Source: Antedon mediterranea
Taxonomy: Eukaryota; Animalia; Echinodermata
Reading direction: 5' to 3'
Length of the DNA: 64,000 nt
Assembly: GCF_964355755.1 (NCBI RefSeq)
Contig: NC_092676.1
Coordinates: 12,572,771-12,636,770 of the forward strand
Each line of letters starts with the position of its first letter. Position 1 is the stretch's first letter. The notes beneath the pieces were generated by a model. It saw only the letters and a list, made by a program, of their open reading frames with translations. It did not search any database and was not told the origin of the DNA. Shown piece after piece: positions 54,501 through 64,000 of this stretch. Position numbers and translations under genes: made by a program.

Positions 54501-56860
54501 ATTTTTAGCATTTCGATAATACTTTTCACACAAAAACATCAAAGTGTACAAAATAGCTTCAAATCGCATTTGGAGACGTTTTAGACCATTTTGTGCATTT
54601 CGATGAAACTTGGTTACACAAAAACATCAAAGTGCTTAAAATCACATTTAAAACAGTTTTAGAGCATTTTGAGCATTTCGATAAAACTTTTCACACAAAA
54701 ACATCAAAGTGTACAAAATAGCTTCAAATCGCATTTAAAGAGGTTTTAGACCATTTTGTGCATTTCGATAAAACGTTTCACACAAAAACATCAAAGTGTA
54801 CAAAATAGCTTCAAATCGCATTTAGAGACGTTTTAGACCATCTTGTGCATTTCGATAAAACTTTTCACACAAAAACATCAAATTGCACAAAATAGCTTAA
54901 TATCGTGTTTGAAAACGTTTTAAACCATTTTGAGCATGTCGATAAAACTTTTCACACAAAAATATCAAAGTGCACAGAATATCTTCAAATCGCATTTAGA
55001 GACGTTTTAGACCATTTTGTGCATTTCGAAAAAATTTGTTAACATAAAAAGACCAAAGTGTTTAGAATATCTCCAAATCGCATTTGGAGACGTTTTAGAC
55101 CATTTTGTGTTTTTCGAAAAAACTTTTCACACAAAAACATCAAAGTGTACAAAATTGCTTCAAATCGCATTTGGAGACGTTTTAGACCATTTTGTGATTT
55201 TCGAAAAACTTTTCACACAAAAACATCAAAGTGTAGAAAATTGCTTCAAATCGCATTTAGAGATGTTTTAGACCATTTTGTGCATTTCGAAAAAATTTGT
55301 TAACATAAAAAGACCAAAGTGTTTAGAATATTTCCAAATCGCATTTGGAGACGTTTTAGACCATTTTGTGCATTTCGATGAAACTTGGTTACACAAAAAC
55401 ATCAAAGTGCTTAAAATCACATTTAAAACCGTTTTAGAGCGTTTTGAGCATTTCGATAAACTTTTCACACAAAAACATCAAAGTGCACAAAATAGCATTT
55501 AGAGATGTTTTAGACCATTTTGTGCATTTCGATAAAACTTTTCACACAAAAACATCAAATTGCACAAAAAAGCTTAATACCGTGTTTGAAATCGTTTTAA
55601 ACCAATTTGAGCATGTCGATAAAACTTTTCACACAAAAACATCAAAGTGCACAGAATATCTTCAAATCGCATTTAGAGACGTTTTAGACCATTTTGTGCA
55701 TTTCGAAAAAATTTGTTAACATAAAAAGACCAAAGTGTTTAGAATATCTCCAAATCGCATTTGGAGACGTTTTAAACCATTTTGTGCATTTCGATGGAAC
55801 TTGGTTACACAAAAACATCAAAGTGCTTAAAATCACATTTGAAAGCGTTTTAGAGCATTTTTAGCATTTCGATAATACTTTTCACACAAAAACATCAAAG
55901 TGTACAGAATAGCTTCAAATCGCATTTGGAGACGTTTTAGACCATTTTGTGCATTTCGATGAAACTTGGTTACACAAAAACATCAAAGTGCTTAAAATCA
56001 CATTTGAAACCGTTTTAGAGCATTTTTAACATTTCGATAATACTTTTCACACAAAAACATCAAAGTGTACAAAATAGCTTCAAATCGCATTTGGAGACGT
56101 TTTAGACCATTTTGTGCATTTCGATGAAACTTGGTTACACAAAAACATCAAAGTGCTTAAAATCACATTTGAAAGCGTTTTAGAGCATTTTTAGCATTTC
56201 GATAATACTTTTCACACAAAAACATCAAAGTGCACAAAATAGCTTCAAATCGCATTTAGAGATGTTTTAGACCATTTTGTGCATTTCGATAAAACTTTTC
56301 ACACAAAAACATCAAATTGCACAAAATAGCTTAATACCGTGTTTGAAATCATTTTAAACCATTTTGAGCATGTCGATAAAACTTTTCACACAAAAACATC
56401 AAAGTTTTTAGAATATCTCCAAATCGCATTTGGAGACGTTTTAGACCATTTTGTGCATTTCGATGAAACTTGGTTACACAAAAACATCAAAGTGCTTAAA
56501 ATCACATTTGAAACCGTTTTAGAGCATTTTCAGCATTTCGATAAAACTTTTCAAACAAAAACATCAAAGTGTACAAAATAGCTTCAAATCACATTTGAAA
56601 CCGTTTTAGACCATTTTGAGCATTTCGATAAAACTTTTCACACAAAAACATCAAAGTGTACAAAATAGCTTCAAATCGCATTTGGAGACGTTTTAGACCA
56701 TTTTGTGCATTTCGATGAAACTTGGTTACACAAAAACATCAAAGTGCTTAAAATCACATTTGAAACCGTTTTAGAGCATTTTTAGCATTTCGATAATACT
56801 TTTCACACAAAACATCAAAGTGTACAAAATAGCTTCAAATCGCATTTGGAGACGTTTTAA
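39957..56860 (+). repeat. Direct tandem duplication of an 8,421-bp unit (~100 monomers): ~39957-48377 and ~48378-56798
   Basis: ORF markers 40701/49122, 41377/49798, 42703/51124, 43907/52328, 45560/53981, 46596/55017 and 47918/56339 all differ by 8,421. Confidence 0.93.
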
Positions 56861-59800
56861 ACCATTTTGTGCATTTCGATGGAACTTGGTTACACAAAAA
56901 CATCAAAGTGCTTAAAATCACATTTAAAACCGTTTTAGAGCATTTTTAGCATTTCGATAAAACTTTTCACACAAAAACATCAAAGTGTACAAAATAGCTT
57001 CAAATCGCATTTAGAGAGGTTTTAGACAATTTTGTGCATTTCGATAAAACTTTTCACACAAAAACATCAAAGTGTACAAAATAGCTTCAAATTGCATTTA
57101 GAGACGTTTTAGACCATTTTGTGCATTTCGATAAAACTTTTCACACAAAAACATCAAATTGCACAAAATCGTTTTAAACCATTTTAAATCGTTTTAAACC
57201 ATTTTGAGCATGTCGATAAAACTTTTCACAAAAAACATCAAAGTGCACAGAATAGCTTCAAATTGCATTTGGAGACGTTTTAGAGCATTTTGTGCATTTC
57301 GATAAAATGTGTTAACATAAAAAGACCAAAGTGTTTAGAATATCTTCAAATCACATTTGGAGACGTTTTAGACCATTTTTTGCATTTCGATGAAACTTGG
57401 TTACACAAAAACATCAAAGTGCTTAAAATCACATTTGAAACCGTTTTAGAGCATTTTGAGCATTTCGATAAAACTTTTCACACAAAAACATCAAAGTGTA
57501 CAAAATAGCTTCAAATCGCATTTAGAGACGTTTTAGACCATTTTTTGCATTTCGATGAAACTTGGTTACACAAAAACATCAAAGTGCTTAAAATCACATT
57601 TAAAACCGTTTTAGAGCATTTTTAGCATTTCGATAAAACTTTTCACACAAAAACATCAAAGTGTACAAAATAGCTTCAAATCGCATTTAGAGAGGTTTTA
57701 GACAATTTTGTGCATTTCGATAAAACTTTTCACACAAAAAAATCAAAGTGTACAAAATAGCTTCAAATTGCATTTAGAGACGTTTTAGACCATTTTGTGC
57801 ATTTCGATAAAACTTTTCACACAAAAACATCAAATTGCACAAAATCGTTTTAAACCATTTTAAATCGTTTTAAACCATTTTGAGCATTTCGATAAAACTT
57901 TTCACAAAAAACATCAAAGTGCACAGAATAGCTTCAAATTGCATTTGGAGACGTTTTAGAGCATTTTGTGCATTTCGATAAAATGTGTTAACATAAAAAG
58001 ACCAAAGTGTTTAGAATATCTTCAAATCACATTTGGAGACGTTTTAGACCATTTTTTGCATTTCGATGAAACTTGGTTACACAAAAACATCAAAGTGCTT
58101 AAAATCACATTTGAAACCGTTTTAGAGCATTTTGAGCATTTCGATAAAACTTTTCACACAAAAACATCAAAGTGTACAAAATAGCTTCAAATCGCATTTA
58201 GAGACGTTTTAGACCATTTTGTGCATTTCGAAAAAATTTGTTAACATAAAAAGACCAAAGTGTTTAGAATATCTCCAAATCGCATTTGGAGACGTTTTAG
58301 ACCATTTTGTGCATTTCGATGAAACTTGGTTACACAAAAACATCAAAGTGCTTAAAATCACATTTGAAACCGTTTTAGAGCATTTTTAGCATTTCGATAA
58401 TACTTTTCACACAAAAACATCAAAGTGTACAAAATAGCTTCAAATCGCATTTGGAGACGTTTTAGACCATTTTGTGCATTTCGATGAAACTTGGTTACAC
58501 AAAAACATCAAAGTGCTTAAAATCACATTTGAAACCGTTTTAGACCATTTTGAGCATTTCGATAAAACTTTTCACACAAAAAAATCAAAGTGCACAAAAT
58601 AGCTTCAAATCGCATTTGGAGACGTTTTAGACTATTTTGTGCATTTTGAAAAAATTTGTTAACATAAAAAGACCAAAGTGTTTAGAATATCTCCAAATCG
58701 CATTTGGAGACGTTTTAAACCATTTTGTGCATTTCGATGGAACTTGGTTACACAAAAACATCAAAGTGCTTAAAATCACATTTAAAACCGTTTTAGAGCA
58801 TTTTGAGCATTTCGATAAAACTTTTCACACAAAAACATCAAAGTGTACAAAATAGCTTCAAATCGCATTTAGAGACGTTTTAGACCATTTTGTGCATTTC
58901 GATAAAACTTTTCACACAAAAACATCAAATTGCACAAATAGCTTAATACCGTGTTTGAAATCGTTTTAAACCATTTTGAGCATGTCGATAAAACTTTTCA
59001 CAAAAAAACATCAAAGTGCACAGAATAGCTTCAAATCGCATTTGGAGACGTTTTAAACCATTTTGTGCATTTCGATAAAACTTTTCACATAAAAACAACA
59101 AAGTGTACAAAATAGCTTCAAATCGCATTTGGAGACGTTTTAGACCATTTTGTGCATTTCGATGAAACTTGGTTACACAAAAACATCAAAGTGCTTAAAA
59201 TCACATTTGAAACCGTTTTAGAGCATTTTGAGCATTTCGATAAAACTTTTCACACAAAAACATCAAAGTGTACAAAATAGCTTCAAATCACATTTGAAAC
59301 CGTTTTAGACCATATTGAGCATTTCGAAAAAACTTTTCACACAAAAACATCAAAGTGTACAAAATAGCTTCAAATCGCATTTGGAGACGTTTTAGACCAT
59401 TTTGTGTATTTCGATGAAACTTGGTTACACAAAAACATCAAAGTGCTTAAAATCACATTTGAAAGCGTTTTAGAGCATTTTTAGCATTTCGATAATACTT
59501 TTCACACAAAAACATCAAAGTGTACAAAATAGCTTCAAATCGCATTTGGAGACGTTTTAGACCATTTTGTGCATTTCGATGAAACTTGGTTACACAAAAA
59601 CATCAAAGTGCTTAAAATCACATTTAAAACAGTTTTAGAGCATTTTGAGCATTTCGATAAAACTTTTCACACAAAAACATCAAAGTGTACAAAATAGCTT
59701 CAAATCGCATTTAGAGACGTTTTAGACCATTTTGTGCATTTCGAAAAAATTTGTTAACATAAAAAGACCAAAGTGTTTAGAATATCTCCAAATCGCATTT

Positions 59801-62800
59801 GGAGACGTTTTAGACCATTTTGTGCATTTCAATGAAACTTGGTTACACAAAAACATCAAAGTGCTTAAAATCACATTTGAAACCGTTTTAGAGCATTTTT
59901 AGCATTTCGATAATACTTTTCACACAAAAACCTCAAAGTGTACAAAATAGCTTCAAATCGCATTTAGAGAGGTTTTAGACCATTTTGTGTATTTCGATAA
60001 AACTTTTCACACAAAAACATCAAAGTGTACAAAATAGCTTCAAATCGCATTTAGAGACGTTTTAGACCATTTTGTGCATTTCGATAAAACTTTTCACACA
60101 AAAACATCAAATTGCACAAAATAGCTTAATACCGTGTTTGAAATCGTTTTAAACCATTTTGAGCATGTCGATAAAACTTTTCACAAAAAAACATCAAAGT
60201 GCACAGAATAGCTTCAAATCGCATTTGGAGACATTTTAAACCATTTTGAGCATTTCGATAAAACTTTTCACACAAAAACATCAAAGTGTACAAAATAGCT
60301 TCAAATCGCATTTAGAGAGGTTTTAGACCATTTTGTGCATTTCGATAAAACTTTTCACACAAAAACATCAAATTGCACAAAATAGCTTAATATTGTGTTT
60401 GAAAACGTTTTAAACCATTTTGAGCATGTCGATAAAACTTTTCACACAAAAATATCAAAGCGCACAGAATATCTTCAAATCGCATTTAGAGACGTTTTAG
60501 ACCATTTTGTGCATTTCGAAAAAATTTGTTAACATAAAAAGACCAAAGTGTTTAGAATATCTCCAAATCGCATTTGGAGACGTTTTAGACCATTTTGTGC
60601 ATTTCGATGAAACTTGATTACACAAAAACATCAAAGTGCTTAAAATCACATTTAAAACCGTTTTAGAGCGTTTTGAGCATTTCGATAAACTTTTCACACA
60701 AAAACATCAAAGTGCACAAAATAGCTTCAAATCGCATTTAGAGATGTTTTAGACCATTTTGTGCATTTCGATAAAACTTTTCACACAAAAACATCAAATT
60801 GCACAAAAAAGCTTAATACCGTGTTTGAAATCGTTTTAAACCAATTTGAGCATGTCGAAAAAACTTTTCACACAAAAACATCAAAGTGCACAGAATATCT
60901 TCAAATCGCATTTAGAGACGTTTTAGACCATTTTGTGCATTTCGATGAAACTTGGTTACACAAAAACATTAAAGTGCTTAAAATCACATTTGAAACCGTT
61001 TTAGAGCATTTTGAGCATTTCGATAAAACTTTTCACACAAAAACATCAAAGTGTACAAAATAGCTTCAAATCACATTTGAAACCGTTTTAGACCATTTTG
61101 AGCATTTCGATAAAACTTTTCACACAAAAACATCAAAGTGTACAAAATAGCTTCAAATCGCATTTGGAGACGTTTTAGACCATTTTGTGCATTTCGATGA
61201 AACTTGGTTACACAAAAACATCAAAGTGCTTAAAATCACATTTGAAACCGTTTTAGAGCATTTTTAGCATTTCGATAATACTTTTCACACAAAAACATCA
61301 AAGTGTACAAAATAGCTTCAAATCGCATTTGGAGACGTTTTAGACCATTTTGTGCATTTCGATGAAACTTGGTTACACAAAAACATCAAAGTGCTTAAAA
61401 TCACATTTGAAATCGTTTTAGACCATTTTGAGCATTTCGATAAAACTTTTCACACAAAAAAATCAAAGTGCACAAAATAGCTTCAAATCGCATTTGGAGA
61501 CGTTTTAGACTATTTTGTGCATTTCGAAAAAATTTGTTAACATAAAAAGACCAAAGTGTTTAGAATATCTCCAAATCGCATTTGGAGACGTTTTAAATCA
61601 TTTTGTGCATTTCGATGGAACTTGGTTACACAAAAACATCAAAGTGCTTAAAATCACATTTAAAACCGTTTTAGAGCATTTTGAGCATTTCGATAAAACT
61701 TTTCACACAAAAACATCAAAGTGTACAAAATAGCTTCAAATCGCATTTAGAGAGGTTTTAGACCATTTTGTGCATTTCGATAAAACTTTACACACAAAAA
61801 CATCAAAGTGTACAAAATAGCTTCAAATCGCATTTAGAGACGTTTTAGACCATTTTGTGCATTTCGATAAAACTTTTCACACAAAAACATCAAATTGCAC
61901 AAAATAGCTTAATATCGTGTTTGAAAACGTTTTAAACCATTTTGAGCATGTCGATAAAACTTTTCACACAAAAATATCAAAGTGCACAGAATATCTTCAA
62001 ATCGCATTTAGAGACGTTTTAGACCATTTTGTGCATTTCGAAAAAATTTGTTAACATAAAAAGACCAAAGTGTTTAGAATATCTCCAAATCGCATTTGGA
62101 GACGTTTTAGACCATTTTGTGCATTTCGATGAAACTTGGTTACATAAAAACATCAAAGTGCTTAAAATCACATTTAAAACCGTTTTAGAGCGTTTTGAGC
62201 ATTTCGATAAACTTTTCACACAAAAACATCAAAGTGCACAAAATAGCTTCAAATCGCATTTAGAGATGTTTTAGACCATTTTGTGCATTTCGAAAAAACT
62301 TTTCACACAAAAACATCAAATTGCACACAATAGCTTAATACCGTGTTTGAAATCGTTTTAAACCATTTTGAGCATGTCGATAAAACTTTTCACACAAAAA
62401 CATCAAAGTGCACAGAATATCTTCAAATCGCATATAGAGACGTTTTAGACCATTTTGTGCATTTCGAAAAAATTTGTTAACATTAAAAGACCAAAGTGTT
62501 TAGAATATCTCCAAATCGCATTTGGAGACGTTTTAGACCATTTTGTGCATTTCGATGAAACTTGGTTACACAAAAACATCAAAGTGCTTAAAATCACATT
62601 TGAAACCGTTTTAGAGCATTTTGAGCATTTCGATAAAACTTTTCACACAAAAACATCAAAGTGTACAAAATAGCTTCAAATCACATTTGAAACCGTTTTA
62701 GACCATTTTGAGCATTTCGATAAAACTTTTCACACAAAAACATCAAAGTGTACAAAATGGCTTCAAATCGCATTTGGAGACGTTTTAGAGCATTTTGAGC

Positions 62801-64000
62801 ATTTCGATCAAACTTTTCACACAAAAACATCAAAGTGTACAAAATAACTTCAAATCGCATTTAGAGACGTTTTAGACCATTTTGTGCATTTTGGTAAAAC
62901 TTTTCACACAAAAACATCAAATTGCACAAAATAGCTTAATATCGTGTTTGAAAACGTTTTAAACCATTTTGAGCATGTCGATAAAACTTTTCACATAAAA
63001 ATATCAAAGTGCACAGAATAGCTTCAAATCGCATTTGGAGACGTTTTAGACCATTTTGTGCATTTTGGTAAAACTTTTCACACAAAAACATCAAATTGCA
63101 CAAAATAGCTTAATATCGTGTTTGAAAACGTTTTAAACCATTTTGAGCATGTCGATAAAACTTTTCACTCAAAAATATCAAAGTGCACAGAATATCTTCA
63201 AATCGCATTTAGAGACGTTTTAGACCATTTTGTGCATTTTGAAAAAATTTGTTAACATAAAAAGACCAAAGTGTTTAGAATATCTCCAAATCGCATTTGG
63301 AGACGTTTTAGACCATTTTGTGTTTTTCGAAAAAACTTTTCACACAAAAACATCAAAGTGTACAAAATTGCTTCAAATCGCATTTGGAGACGTTTTAGAC
63401 CATTTTGTGCATTTTGGTAAAACTTTTCACACAAAAACATCAAAATTCACAAAATAGCTTAATATCGTGTTTGAAAACGTTTTAAACCATTTTGAGCATG
63501 TCGATAAAACTTTTCACTCAAAAATATCAAAGTGCACAGAATATCTTCAAATCGCATTTAGAGACGTTTTAGACCATTTTGTGCATTTCGAAAAAAATTG
63601 TTAACATAAAAAGACCAAAGTGTTTAGAATATCTCCAAATCGCATTTGGAGACGTTTTAGACCATTTTGCGCATTTCGATGAAACTTGGTTACACAAAAA
63701 CATCAAAGTGCTTAAAATCACATTTAAAACCGTTTTAGAGCGTTTTGAGCATTTCGATAAACTTTTCAAACAAAAACATCAAAGTGTACAAAATAGCTTC
63801 AAATCGTATTTGGAGACGTTTTAGACCATTTTGTGCGTTTCGATGAATCTTGGTTACACAAAAACATCAAAGTGCTTAAAATCACATTTAAAACCGTTTT
63901 AGTGCATTTTGAGCATTTCGATAAAACTTTTCACACAAAAACATCAAAGTGCACAAAATAGCTTCAAATCGCATTTAGAGATGTTTTAGACCATTTTGTG

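Larger units (their letters stand above)
1..64000 (+). repeat. Continuous tandem satellite DNA array of 78-88-bp monomers (~750 copies), single orientation, running off both window ends
   Basis: The motif acttttcacacaaaaacatcaaagtgtacaaaatagcttcaaatcgcatttRgagacgttttagaccattttgtgcatttcgatRaa recurs at 4, 91, 178, 265, 352, 439, 526 (87-bp period), and variants continue to 64000 with no intervening unique sequence seen. Confidence 0.99.

Noticed and set aside
215-63824. About 120 short ORFs (61-124 aa) with repeated peptides such as LQIAFGDVLDHFVHFDKTFHTKTSKCTK
   Set aside because: They arise because 87 and 78 are multiples of 3. They end at consensus stops (aaaTAGc, tgtTAAc), are frameshifted by the 88/86/85-bp monomers, mostly use GTG/TTG starts, occur in several frames on both strands and resemble no domain I recognise. 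They were used only as positional markers.
1-64000. CRISPR-like array (palindromic repeat at regular spacing)
   Set aside because: There are no unique spacers, since the sequence between dyads is itself repeated hundreds of times. No leader or cas genes are present.
1-64000. Transposon insertion, inversion, telomeric repeat, or tRNA/5S rRNA tandem array
   Set aside because: No non-satellite stretch or strand switch was seen on reading through. The monomer lacks a cloverleaf, a TTCRA T-loop stem context and 5S features, and there are no telomere-type short repeats.
1-64000. Assignment to a named satellite family, species or functional centromere
   Set aside because: I do not recognise the monomer, and centromere function cannot be read from sequence alone. 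It would need BLAST/Dfam/Repbase searches and CENH3 ChIP or FISH.

Overview
The whole 64-kb window is one uninterrupted, head-to-tail, single-orientation AT-rich tandem satellite array. It holds roughly 750 monomers of 78-88 bp, and the main 87-bp monomer is about 33% GC by hand count. I see no unique sequence, gene, RNA gene, transposon or inversion. Every ORF in the track is a by-product of monomer lengths (87, 78) being multiples of 3, but the ORF coordinates are useful markers for measuring repeat offsets. The array is probably eukaryotic (peri)centromeric or heterochromatic satellite DNA; this is inference, and I cannot name the taxon or family. The interest lies in its layered architecture. 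(i) The monomer is a degenerate palindrome of ~10-bp phased A-tract and T-tract subunits with a central dyad. (ii) About five monomer types (A 87, B 78, C 88, D 87, E 87) follow a loose ordering rule rather than one fixed higher-order repeat. (iii) Recurrent indels are mostly 10 or 20 bp. (iv) Duplications are nested at offsets of 676, 3,206, 8,421, 10,090, ~21,060 and 26,624 bp. (v) Positions 38,840-64,000 recapitulate 1-26,650 in order at ~37.3-38.8 kb offsets, separated by a more diverged island at ~26.7-34.2 kb. All counts and boundaries were read by eye and need dot-plot confirmation.
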